64,000 nucleotides of DNA, from NCBI GenBank assembly GCA_964604825.1, contig CAZSAL010000007.1:128-64127 (forward strand). Direction: 5' to 3'. The first letter of the stretch is position 1; each line of letters opens with the position of its first letter. The translations under genes and the position numbers were made by a program. The stretch comes from an uncultured Elusimicrobia bacterium. Lineage in GTDB: Bacteria; Elusimicrobiota; Elusimicrobia; 2-01-FULL-59-12. This document shows positions 1-8,907 of this stretch, piece after piece. The notes beneath the pieces are model-generated. The model searched no databases. It was given only the letters and a program-made list of their open reading frames with translations, and had not been told where the DNA came from.

Positions 1-424
1 CAATCAATTCCAAATAGCCATAATCGCCCCCGCAATCTTCCGGAGGACAGGCTCGGGCCCCGGCCAGACAGAGCGGATATGCCTTCCCTGGTTCCGGCGG
101 CAGGATCTTTTCCACAATAACCTCATGCTCCCACCCGTCGCCGAAATCGTACTCATAAACCAGCAGGGCCTTCTCCGCGTAAACCAGCCGGTTTAATTTC
201 ACGGTCTTGGAATTTATAACGGCATCCATGCGCTCAGGATCGGGAGGGCCGTAGTACGTTCCCCCCGTTCGGAACCCATATAAATGAGTGCCCGTCCACC
301 CCATGGCGCAATTCAAAATCTTGTGCAGGACATGTAGGCTGATGTCTCCTTCCACCTGGACGCGCCTCCAGATCGGCGGCTTGATTCCCTTCAGCGTGAT
401 CTTGATCTGGTAGATGCTGGACAT
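1..424 (-). CDS. PRiA4b ORF-3-like (MM3350-like) domain protein, partial (C-terminus runs off the window)
   Basis: Not in the ORF track. Manual minus-strand translation from the ATG at 422-424 gives MSSIYQIKITLKGIKPPIWRRVQVEGDISLHVLHKILNCAMGWTGTHLYGF...YEYDFGDGWEHEVIVEKI...CPPEDCGGDYGY. IWRR, YDFGDxWxH and CPPEDCGG are hallmark motifs of this family. Confidence 0.75.
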   Translation of the reverse strand, partial: MSSIYQIKITLKGIKPPIWRRVQVEGDISLHVLHKILNCAMGWTGTHLYGFRTGGTYYGPPDPERMDAVINSKTVKLNRLVYAEKALLVYEYDFGDGWEHEVIVEKILPPEPGKAYPLCLAGARACPPEDCGGDYGYLELI

Positions 425-425
425 C

Positions 426-1584
426 CTATGCCTTCCCTTTTTTCGTAGGCGGCGTCGCCACATATTTTTGCTTGGGGCTGCGGGGTGAGCCAGGATCCGT
501 CATCGCGAGGAGTTTTCCTTTAAGCAACGGACGCAAATAGTTGGACATGAAAGTCTCCCTGTCCTTCAACCCCATATAGGCGAGCATTTCGTGAATAGTG
601 CGGGGGTTCGCGCAAAACTTCAGCAAACTAAGCTTGTCGGGTACTTGTCGGGTACTTGTCGGATACTTGTCGGGTACTTGGGGGGTACTTGTAAGGTCTA
701 CCACCTCTGGCTTCGCCAGGGCAGCCCATTGCTTATCGTCATAACGCGGGAAGACTAAATCGAAAAAGGTGTCGAATTTAAACTTAGGCTTGAGGGCATG
801 CTCCCGGCTGACGGCCTCGAAAATGCGGCGAATGCCGCTCCCTGCCCGCTCCACCCTTCCGACCCGATGAAAAAGATCGGCGATCAAGGCGTTCCGACGC
901 ATGCTGGCCTGGCCAAAACGGCTCGGAGCAAGTCCGGGCGGCAGCCCACCGGGACTTGAAATCAAGAGCTTGGATGGGTCAATTTCCATCGCGATGTTAC
1001 CGCCGTAAATCGAGTAATCCCTGTGAATCAAAGCGTTAATGATTCCTTCCCGCAGCGCGGGAATAGGAATCTCCCTATGATCGACTCGTCTGAAGCCCTT
1101 GATCTCATAACGCAACCTTAGATGCCTCAGTAAAAAGACTTCGGCTTGCTCCGCGTTTTCAAAGAGTGCGCAGATAATAGCCGTCGGAACAACCGTAAGG
1201 TTTGCTTTCACCCTCCAGCACCTGAATCAGCAGAAGATTCTTATCCTCTCGCTTAAAAGAATACTGTTTGATGGATACCGGCGGATCACATTTTCTAGCC
1301 GTGTCCTGAATTTGTGACAGCAAGCGGTTGCTGATGTCGATTCCCTTGATTTCTTTGTTATCCGCCATGCCGATATAGATTCGTCCGCCTTCGGCATTGG
1401 CGAATCCCACCATTTCGTGAGCCAAATCCGATGCGGATTGCTTGAACTCGACAAACTGCCCCTCATGCCCGGAGAGATCAAACGTAACCTCGGATGCGAT
1501 TTCAGGTGGCAAATTTACCGGATGTTTTGTTTTAGTCATTTCTCTTACCGCACTCACTCCAACGGCTAACACCCATTTTATCAA
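426..1584 (-). pseudogene. AlbA_2 (Schlafen-type divergent AAA) + HATPase_c_4 (RecG C-terminal-like) putative DNA-binding regulator, split by a frameshift
   Basis: Two overlapping minus-strand ORFs in different frames (1159..1584 and 426..1211). The N part has EFKQS...GFANAEGGRIYIGM...ESKPY. The C part has ALREGIINALIHRDYS...ISSPGGLP plus a wHTH-like tail. Homologues carry these domains on one polypeptide, so a frameshift lies within 1159-1211. Confidence 0.6.
633..698. repeat. Six tandem copies of an 11-bp unit (CTTGTCGGGTA, the last two degenerate) inside the AlbA_2/HATPase_c_4 gene
   Basis: Read directly: cttgtcgggta cttgtcgggta cttgtcggata cttgtcgggta cttggggggta cttgtaaggtc. The unit length is not a multiple of 3. 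The region encodes STPQVPDKYPTSTRQVPDKLS. Confidence 0.9.
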
Positions 1585-1948
1585 ACCCCATGCATACGTT
1601 TCCGAGTGGTAGAGCTGCCGGCAGGAGAACGCCGGGGAGATCGATGAGATTCAAAAACGTCTGCAGTTCCTTCAGATTCTCTTCAGTCCCACTGTCTGCA
1701 GAAAATCGAGAGGAGACTGAGAGAAGGAGACATAGTTATCCGCGTGGATCAGGCAGGTTTTGACGCCTCGAAAACGGGATACAATTTAATAGATGCGTCT
1801 AGTATTTTTACTAGACAAACCTATTATTTTACCGGACACTTTTCCGGACACTTTCTTACGGAAAACATCGGTAATGGTAGGTAAGGGTGGAAGGAGTTCA
1901 CCGTCAATGACGGTAGCCATCGGTGTCCATTTTTTACAACTTATAAAG

Positions 1949-1989
1949 TCCGCCACGCAACTGGCGGATCTGTCGGACGTCTGGCGGAC
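1949..1989 (+). repeat. GGCGGA-box palindromic element, orphan copy (TCCGCCA-N6-TGGCGGAT-N13-TGGCGGAC)
   Basis: gtccgccacgcaactggcggatctgtcggacgtctggcggac. It shares the 7-mer boxes with the copies at 22538, 44784 and 57767, and shares GACGTCTGGCG with the palindrome at 2343-2364. Confidence 0.7.
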
Positions 1990-2181
1990 TGCCAGCCCGC
2001 TCTAACCAGCTGTCCCGTCCTCTATTTTGCTCGCCCCAGAGGGAGCTACCTCGACGGGACTGCACCGCCCCGTAAGCCGCCTTTGGCGGCGAGTATAGTT
2101 GACAGTGCTGAGCTACCCCGCCAAAAAGTGTTGTTTTTACGTATCGTTTATAACAAATTAATCAGAAGTTCAAATGAGCAA

Positions 2182-4119
2182 TCAAATGCCTTCGCTCGTG
2201 TTTGATCTAAGCAATACCGCAGAGTGTCCCTGAGAAAAAATCATCGAATCCCGGAATGGATTTACGGCGCCGGCGCCGCCATAACGGACATCATTACTGG
2301 ACCAGATCATGGACCAATGGGGGGCCGCCCCGCCACCTGACCGGTCGCCAGACGTCTGGCGACCGCCATCTTTTGGCGTCTGGTCAGGTGGTGGGGCCAT
2401 CAGCGGTTCGGGAATTGGGTCTATCTTTAGATCAATCCCCAAATTGACCAAAAGCAGCCTGTCGCCATGCTCTCCCCCGAACCAGCGCATGGCAAAAACC
2501 CTGTCAGCTATCAATGCCCCGTCAATGGAATTGCGTGATTGCGCCACAATAACCGGATCTTCCCTGCGCAGACGAATCAGGTCCTGATGGAACCGGTAGG
2601 CCCCGGCATGCGTACGGCGTTCTGCCAGATCGAGCCGGGAACGTTCGAAAGTTCCGGGATCTGTGGGCAGGGGAATCGACGCCTGAGCATTTTCAGCTGC
2701 ATAGCTTGGGAACTGCGATAAAAGCCGCTTCCGCCCTGCATTGACCAGCTTGCCCAGTTCAGGATTGTGGTCGACAAAAAAGAGGAACGGGCGGCTCGAA
2801 GCGAATTCCTGCCCCATGAATAGCAGCGGCGTTTCCGGTCCCAGCAGGAGCAAAGCCGCCATGCAGCGGTACAATGCGGGGTCGGCCAGCGCGTGAATCC
2901 GCTCGCCGTGAAGATGATTGGCCACATGATCGTGATTCTGAAGAAAATGGATGAAGGCCTCAGCCGGTTCATTGGTAACACAGGTTCCCCTCCGGGCCTT
3001 TTGAAAGGAATGATACTGCCCCTGATAGAGAAAACCTCTTTTCATGCAGGAAATCAGTTCCTGCGGCGTACCCCTATAATCGGCGTAATAGGCTTCGCGC
3101 CTCCCGGTAAGCGCCACCCGCGCGGCATGATGGAAATCATCATTCCAGGTGGCGTCAAGGCCGTATCCGCCAGAGGAACGATCCCGTATCTGGCGGATTT
3201 CCCGCAGATCGTTTTCAGATGTCAGGATAATCGAGCGGCCGCCTGCCGCTTCACGGGCGCGATCGGCGATTTCGGCAAGGATATGCACCGGGCTGGAATC
3301 ATGGATATCCTGGGTCGCGTCAAAGCGCAGGCCGTCAATATGGAATTCCCGGATCCAGTAGCAGGCGTTCTGGATAAAAATATTCCGGACGTCTTTCGAA
3401 TGCGGACCGTCAAAGTTGATGATATTGCCCCATTCGTTCTTTTCTTTCTTGAATAGATCATCCGTGAAAATGCCCAGATAATTGCCGTCAGGCCCGAGAT
3501 GGTTGTAGACAACGTCGAGTATTACGCCCAGCCCCAGGGAGTGGGCGGTATTCACAAAGCGCTTGAAGGCCTGAGAATCTCCGTAGATATGTGCGGGAGC
3601 GAAAAGGGACACGCCGTCATATCCCCAGTTCCAGCGTCCGGGGAATTCCGCTACCGGCATGACTTCAATGGTGGTTATTCCAATGCTTTTAAGTTCGGCA
3701 AGTTCTTTCGCCGCGGCGTCAAACGTTCCTCCCGGAGTAAATGTGCCTATGTGCAGCTCATAGATCACCTGGCCGCGCATCCCGACGCCCGGCCAACCGG
3801 AATCCGTCCAGCGGAAAGCCTTATGGTCAACAATCATTGATGGGCCATGCGGTCCCTCTGGCTGATAATTAGACCAGGGATCAGGATAAGGGCCGGAGCC
3901 ATCCGCGCGATATCGGTAAAGCTTGCCACCACGCAGCCCGGGGATAAATCCTTCGAAGTGGAAATTGTTTTTTTTAAGAGGAAAGGAACGGCCATCTTCC
4001 AGAATGACGTCTACCTGGGCGCATTTCGGCGCCCAGATACGGAAATGGACGCCGTCCGGCTCCACTAGCGCGCCGCAGTACTGCCGCTTAATGGCCACAA
4101 GAGACCTGGACATGGGCAC
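2182..4119 (-). CDS. treZ: Malto-oligosyltrehalose trehalohydrolase-like GH13 enzyme
   Basis: 645 aa. N-terminal CBM48-like VHFRIWAP. GH13 regions GYDGVSLFAP, ILDVVYNHLGPDGNYL, IDGLRFDATQDI, LTSENDL, FLQNHDHVAN. Confidence 0.8.
   Translation of the reverse strand: MPMSRSLVAIKRQYCGALVEPDGVHFRIWAPKCAQVDVILEDGRSFPLKKNNFHFEGFIPGLRGGKLYRYRADGSGPYPDPWSNYQPEGPHGPSMIVDHKAFRWTDSGWPGVGMRGQVIYELHIGTFTPGGTFDAAAKELAELKSIGITTIEVMPVAEFPGRWNWGYDGVSLFAPAHIYGDSQAFKRFVNTAHSLGLGVILDVVYNHLGPDGNYLGIFTDDLFKKEKNEWGNIINFDGPHSKDVRNIFIQNACYWIREFHIDGLRFDATQDIHDSSPVHILAEIADRAREAAGGRSIILTSENDLREIRQIRDRSSGGYGLDATWNDDFHHAARVALTGRREAYYADYRGTPQELISCMKRGFLYQGQYHSFQKARRGTCVTNEPAEAFIHFLQNHDHVANHLHGERIHALADPALYRCMAALLLLGPETPLLFMGQEFASSRPFLFFVDHNPELGKLVNAGRKRLLSQFPSYAAENAQASIPLPTDPGTFERSRLDLAERRTHAGAYRFHQDLIRLRREDPVIVAQSRNSIDGALIADRVFAMRWFGGEHGDRLLLVNLGIDLKIDPIPEPLMAPPPDQTPKDGGRQTSGDRSGGGAAPHWSMIWSSNDVRYGGAGAVNPFRDSMIFSQGHSAVLLRSNTSEGI
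2328..2396. repeat. Nested palindromic element embedded in frame in treZ
   Basis: The outer inverted repeat is ccccgccacctgacc (2328-2342) against ggtcaggtggtgggg (2382-2396). The inner unit ggtcgccagacgtctggcgacc (2343-2364) is a perfect 22-bp palindrome. The element encodes the low-complexity insert PPPDQTPKDGGRQTSGDRSGGG. Confidence 0.85.
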
Positions 4120-4134
4120 GTCCGCGTGACGGGA

Positions 4135-4365
4135 TCAGGATATTTTTACGTCGGCCGGAGGCACGCCGGCATGCATATCGGTTTCGATTTTTCGCCTGCG
4201 GCTAAACTGGAACATGACAAATAGGCCTGCGGCCAGGGCGAAAGATACCTTCGCGATTGCCCGTGATCCAGTTAGAGGATGACCGAAGGCTCCTTCGACC
4301 AGGGAAAGAATAAACAGGATTATTGACCAGCGAAGCACGATGGAATGTCCCTCTTTTCTATCCAT
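4135..4365 (-). CDS. Small hypothetical membrane protein (two predicted TM helices)
   Basis: 76-aa ORF lying 15 nt upstream of treZ on the same strand, with hydrophobic stretches SIILFILSLVEGAF and VSFALAAGLFVMF. No family recognised. Confidence 0.35.
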   Translation of the reverse strand: MDRKEGHSIVLRWSIILFILSLVEGAFGHPLTGSRAIAKVSFALAAGLFVMFQFSRRRKIETDMHAGVPPADVKIS

Positions 4366-4493
4366 TCATAAGACACCCAAAAACCATACAAGTTACACAT
4401 CCCACTCCTATGATTTACAGGAAGGGACAGCCCCGTGTTCCAGAGCGCAACCCATTTCTTCCCTTGTGTGTCTAAAAATGCGCATCGAAAACA

Positions 4494-5642
4494 TTGGAGA
4501 ATCAATTGGACATCAAATGTATCGACCAAACAGAGTTCGACGGCCTTGAGAAAGAATGGAACCAGTTGCTGGCCCGGAGCTCAGCCGACAATGTGTTTCT
4601 GCGCTGGGAATGGATGCATACCTGGTGGGACGTTTTTCGGAAGAACCGCCGGTTACTCGTCATCACAGCCAGGAGTGACGGGAAACTGGCGGCCATAGCC
4701 CCTTTTTATATCGACAGGTCCGGACCGTTGCGGACAAAAACCTTGCGTTTCTGCTCAGACGAGCTTTGTCCCGATTATCTGGATATTATCGCTGAAAAAG
4801 CCCACGAATCAGAGGCCGTAAACGCCATATGCGCGTTTCTTCAAAAAGACCATCGAAATGACTGGGACATGATGGCATTGGAAAATTTACGATCCGACTC
4901 AAAACTCCCTGCTAACCCCATGTTGCTTAATCATCACAACCATCATACGCAGCACTCTTTTGTATGTTCCTATATAAAAATAAACGGGTCATTTGACAAT
5001 TACTGGTCGGCGCGCCCTTCCTTACGCTCGGAACTATCCAGACAACAACGAAAACTATTTAATGAAAAACGGATAAGGCATGTGCCCATCCGTGATGAGC
5101 AAATTTTAGCCAAGGCAATGGAAGACCTGTTTTTCTTACATGCGAAACGGGTCAAAGATAAAAACATCGTCAGCCGTTTCACCGCTGCCGACGTACGCCG
5201 TTTTCATCAGACGCTGGCTCCGGCGTTACTCAAGAATGGCATCCTGAACCTTCATCTCATTTATCACGGCGATTCACCCGTATCGGCCATCTACTGCTTC
5301 AACTACAACAACAAGGTTTATTTTTTCCAAAGCGGCTTCGATCCCCACTGGGGCAAGCGGAGCGTTGGATCGGTGCTTCTGCGCCTGGTTATCCGCGAAG
5401 CTTTTGAAAAAAGATTTGAAGAATTCGATTTTCTAAAGGGAGACGAAGGCTACAAAACGTTCTGGACGAATGCTTCACGCAGAGAATCGGAACTGATAAT
5501 TTACAATCAGACTTTCAGAGGAGCTTTTGGGCATGCAATGAAGATTATGAAAGCGCGCATAAGACATTTGACCAACATTCGGGAAGATTCAGGCGCGCCC
5601 GTTGGTCTTGAGAAAGCGATAGGGGCCCCGCGCCACCCCTAA
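4494..5642 (+). CDS. CelD/BioF2-like GNAT (Acetyltransf_6, FemAB-fold) acyltransferase
   Basis: 382 aa with a TTG start. The N-terminus EWNQLLARSSADNVFLRWEWMHTWW and the C-terminal FDFLKGDEGYKTFW are typical of this family. Confidence 0.7.
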   Translation: MENQLDIKCIDQTEFDGLEKEWNQLLARSSADNVFLRWEWMHTWWDVFRKNRRLLVITARSDGKLAAIAPFYIDRSGPLRTKTLRFCSDELCPDYLDIIAEKAHESEAVNAICAFLQKDHRNDWDMMALENLRSDSKLPANPMLLNHHNHHTQHSFVCSYIKINGSFDNYWSARPSLRSELSRQQRKLFNEKRIRHVPIRDEQILAKAMEDLFFLHAKRVKDKNIVSRFTAADVRRFHQTLAPALLKNGILNLHLIYHGDSPVSAIYCFNYNNKVYFFQSGFDPHWGKRSVGSVLLRLVIREAFEKRFEEFDFLKGDEGYKTFWTNASRRESELIIYNQTFRGAFGHAMKIMKARIRHLTNIREDSGAPVGLEKAIGAPRHP

Positions 5643-5698
5643 ACGGCTTTTACCTACCCCCTGCCCCCCAGAAACATATCCACAACGGAGATGAAACC

Positions 5699-7453
5699 GT
5701 GAAGCTGATTGAAGCTTTAAATATTATTTCTAAAACGCCCGGAGACGGCACGCCCATGAATGTGGCCCTGATCTGCGGCTTCACACCCCTTCATTTGTCG
5801 GCCTTTCTTCATGCCGAACTAAACAAATGTTTTCCGGATAATAAAATAATTTTAAGTACGGGGCTGTATGGGGACCTGCTCGGCAATCTTAACGCGATAA
5901 ATGAGAATAAGCCTGATGCCGCCGTTGTGCTGATAGAATGGGCCGATCTCGATGCGCGGCTGGGAACACGTCAATTGGGCGGATGGGGCCCTCGGCACCT
6001 TAAGAGCATATGTGACCGGGTTAGTTCTTATCTGGCTGAAGTTGGGCGCAGGCTGGATCAGGCCTCGGCCAATTGCCCGATTTATTTGTGCCTGCCGACT
6101 CTTCCTTTGCCGCCCCTGTTTCACACCTACCGCTGGCAGGCCAGTAATCCGGAAATGCAGTTGAGAGGCGAACTGTTCAGTTTTGCCTCAAGATTCTCCA
6201 ACAATAGCAGGATTAATCTGCTTAACATTCAGCGTCTGGACCACCTGTCCCCTCCATCAGAACGGCTTGATGTGAAATCCGAGTGGGAATCCGGGTTTCC
6301 CTTCAGTATTCCGCACGCATCCGTCGTCGGGGAATTGCTGGCGAAATTAATTCACAACCCTCCCGGCATGAAAGGATTAATTACAGACCTGGACAATACC
6401 TTATGGAACGGCATCGTTGGCGATGTCGGAGCGCAGGGCGTACACTGGGATCTTGATCATCACAGCCAGTCTCACGGTATCTACCAGCAGTTTCTGCGGA
6501 CTTTATCTGAAGAAGGGGCGCTTCTGGGCATTGCCAGCAAAAACGATCCCGCCAATGTCGAAGAAGTATTTCAAAGGGCCGACATTCTCCTGCCAAAGAA
6601 CTGTTTATTCCCCTGCGAACTGGGATGGCAAAGCAAATCCAGGTCCATCGGACGAATTTTGAAAATCTGGAACATCGGCGCCGACAGCGTAGTTTTTATC
6701 GACGATAGCCTGGCGGAAATCGCCGAAGTCCGCTCCGCCTATCCTGACATAAAGTGCATCCAGTTCCCATGCGGCGACCATCGCGGCGCCTATAAACTCA
6801 TCGAACACCTGCGGGATTTATTCGGCCGGCGATCAATATCTCAGGAAGACGCGCTGCGTTTGAACAGTATTCGTGAACACGCCCGTTTTGAGCAGGACGG
6901 CCAAAACGACGAAAACGGTTTTTCTGAAGAACTCTTACGTGAAATGAAGGCTGAACTGACGCTGAGTTTTGTAAAGGACGAACGGGACGGCAGGCTGCTG
7001 GATCTCTTGAACAAAACCAACCAGTTCAATCTAAATGGCAAACGCTACACTGAAAGCTCGTGGCAGGATTACATGCACAGGCCGGACACCTACGTACTGG
7101 CTGTAAGTTATAAGGACCGTTTCGGCCTGCTCGGGAAAATAGCGGTCCTTGCCGGGCGGACAGACGGCAATTCATTATGGGTAGATACCTGGGCAATGAG
7201 CTGCCGGGCCTTTGCCCGCCGCATAGAACACCAGTGCGTAAAGTCGTTATTCGATTTTTTTGGCGCCGCTCAAATACTTCTCAACTACACAAAGACCACG
7301 AAGAACATTCCCCTGGCCCGGTTTTTAAAAGAAATCATTCATAAAGAACCTGAAGGCCTGTTAACGCTTTCACGGGAATCTTTTTTAAATTCATGCCCGA
7401 AACTCTACCACCAGCTGGTTATTCCCAGGAATGCGGATTTAACCCATGTCTAG
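5699..7453 (+). CDS. FkbH-like HAD-IIIC phosphatase/acyl-loading protein
   Basis: 584 aa. GTG start with GGAG 9 nt upstream. HAD motif I LITDLDNTLWNG, then GIASKNDP, VVFIDDSLAEIAEV, and the conserved cysteine motif TWAMSCRAFARRIE. Confidence 0.85.
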   Translation: MKLIEALNIISKTPGDGTPMNVALICGFTPLHLSAFLHAELNKCFPDNKIILSTGLYGDLLGNLNAINENKPDAAVVLIEWADLDARLGTRQLGGWGPRHLKSICDRVSSYLAEVGRRLDQASANCPIYLCLPTLPLPPLFHTYRWQASNPEMQLRGELFSFASRFSNNSRINLLNIQRLDHLSPPSERLDVKSEWESGFPFSIPHASVVGELLAKLIHNPPGMKGLITDLDNTLWNGIVGDVGAQGVHWDLDHHSQSHGIYQQFLRTLSEEGALLGIASKNDPANVEEVFQRADILLPKNCLFPCELGWQSKSRSIGRILKIWNIGADSVVFIDDSLAEIAEVRSAYPDIKCIQFPCGDHRGAYKLIEHLRDLFGRRSISQEDALRLNSIREHARFEQDGQNDENGFSEELLREMKAELTLSFVKDERDGRLLDLLNKTNQFNLNGKRYTESSWQDYMHRPDTYVLAVSYKDRFGLLGKIAVLAGRTDGNSLWVDTWAMSCRAFARRIEHQCVKSLFDFFGAAQILLNYTKTTKNIPLARFLKEIIHKEPEGLLTLSRESFLNSCPKLYHQLVIPRNADLTHV

Positions 7454-7706
7454 TCCGCGAGAACGGCTGATCAAATGCTTTAAGGCTGTCTTCCCTGAAC
7501 TTAACGAACAGGAAATTCAAATGGCCAGTACCGCCTCCGTAGCCAATTGGGATTCAGTCGCAGGCATCACCCTGCTTACCGTTACAGAAGAGGAATTCAA
7601 AATAACGGTCAAACCTGAAGACCTGGAACAACTGAGTTCATTCGAGCTCATTCTGGATTACCTGAACAGCGAAAAGCTTGTGGCGTCCAATGCAGCCATT
7701 TCCTGA
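7446..7706 (+). CDS. Acyl carrier protein
   Basis: 86 aa, acidic. The phosphopantetheine serine context is ANWDSVAGITLL. The start overlaps the FkbH stop by 8 nt (ATGTCTAG). Confidence 0.75.
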   Translation: MSSPRERLIKCFKAVFPELNEQEIQMASTASVANWDSVAGITLLTVTEEEFKITVKPEDLEQLSSFELILDYLNSEKLVASNAAIS

Positions 7707-8907
7707 GGCAACCGTCCTGACTCCGGAACAAATCCGGGTTGGCCTTTCAGCGCAATTCGAGCGGGAGATTACCAACGAAGACGTTTTAACTTTTGCCGCA
7801 AATTCGGGCGACGCCAATCCTCTTCATACAGATAAAGAATACGCCGGGCAAAGTAATTTTCACGGCGGAATTGTTCATGGAGCCTTCCAAATCAGCCTTG
7901 CATCAGCCCTGGCCGGCATGCACCTGCCGGGAAGAAATGTGCTGCTGGGATCTGTGCAGGCCAGATTCCCCAGTCCTCTTTATTATCCCTGCCGTGTCCG
8001 GGTGCATGGACAAATCGTTTCATGGAATCCTGCCACCAGGGCGGGGAATTTGAAAGTGATCGTTTGCGAGCTGAATTCCCAGATTCCCACGGCGGATATT
8101 TTTATGGGGTTCACCCTGCATGAACAAAGACCCGTTCAAATCGGCGCTCTCCCGACGGCAATCCCCTCCGCCAGCCTGTCAAATGATGGCGGTGGGAAAA
8201 CCGCAAAAGTCATAGTCGTCACAGGAGCTTCCGGCGGCCTTGGTTCCAGTATTATTCCTGATCTGGCAAAACACTTCGATGTCATCGCTTTGGCGCACCG
8301 CAACTCCATCCAGGATCAGATCCTGAGGATATCGAACGTATCTGCCGTGCAAACAGATTTACAGATGCCGGGCTGGGAAAACGAACTAACAAAGACGCTG
8401 GGAAATCGCCCGCTCTACGGCATAGTCCACACTGCCTGGCCCAGCAAGCCGCATGGCGGTCTTCTTGAATGTGACAACGGCGTTCTCACTCAGCAGCTTG
8501 TTTTTGGAACTTTCCCTATCGCGCTTTGCCGTTTTCTAATCAACCATGCAGGAGAAACCGGGGGGCGATGCGTCGTACTTGGCTCTTATCCGGGAAGCCT
8601 TGCCGCTTCGCTCTCCTGCGCAAGTTATTTCCTTGCCAAATTAACTCTGGAAAATACCGTGAGGCTCCTTGCCCCTGAACTCGCCAGGAAAAAGATAACG
8701 ATCAATGTTGTCAGCCCTTCTTTTCTTCACCTGGGGATGAACAAGCAATCCGGGGACAGGCAGATTTTGAAAGAAACCGCGGCGATACCGATGGGCCGTC
8801 TTTGCCAGCCGGAAGACATTATCGGGTTATTGCGATACCTTCTTTCTCCGGAATCAGCGTTCGTTTCGGGCCAGGTGATTTCACTTACAGGAGCACAAAT
8901 CCGATGA
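7690..8907 (+). CDS. MaoC-like hotdog dehydratase fused to a short-chain dehydrogenase/reductase
   Basis: The N-terminal part has GDANPLHTDKEYAGQSNFHGGIVHGAF (MaoC). The C-terminal part has the Rossmann motif VIVVTGASGGLGSSI and an SDR-like tail. I prefer the ATG at 7690 over the TTG at 7678. Confidence 0.75.
   Translation: MQPFPEATVLTPEQIRVGLSAQFEREITNEDVLTFAANSGDANPLHTDKEYAGQSNFHGGIVHGAFQISLASALAGMHLPGRNVLLGSVQARFPSPLYYPCRVRVHGQIVSWNPATRAGNLKVIVCELNSQIPTADIFMGFTLHEQRPVQIGALPTAIPSASLSNDGGGKTAKVIVVTGASGGLGSSIIPDLAKHFDVIALAHRNSIQDQILRISNVSAVQTDLQMPGWENELTKTLGNRPLYGIVHTAWPSKPHGGLLECDNGVLTQQLVFGTFPIALCRFLINHAGETGGRCVVLGSYPGSLAASLSCASYFLAKLTLENTVRLLAPELARKKITINVVSPSFLHLGMNKQSGDRQILKETAAIPMGRLCQPEDIIGLLRYLLSPESAFVSGQVISLTGAQIR

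Noticed and set aside
1793-2005. 70-aa plus-strand ORF in the structured spacer.
   Set aside because: Its PDTFPDTF segment simply reflects the CCGGACACTTT direct repeat, and the 3' part reads through the GGCGGA-box palindromes. It has no SD and no recognisable family.
1985-2063. tRNA-like segments on the minus strand. GGACGGGACAGCTGGTTAGAGCGGGCTGGCAGTCCGC has an Ala-GGC-like anticodon loop. GTCGAGGTAGCTC...GAGC resembles the 5' half of the tRNA-Thr in this window.
   Set aside because: No T-arm (GTTCRANYC) or matching 3' acceptor strand can be found, and the D-stem is incomplete. I do not call these tRNA genes. At most they are degraded remnants (see the finding on 1790-2150).
2039-2110. GGGAGCTACCTCGACGGGAC resembles the conserved tmRNA 5' end (GGGG...TTCGACGGG).
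   Set aside because: A tmRNA needs about 350 nt and a tRNA-like 3' end. Here the sequence would run into the treZ ORF at 2182, and no GGTTCGA...CCACCA-type 3' end is visible.
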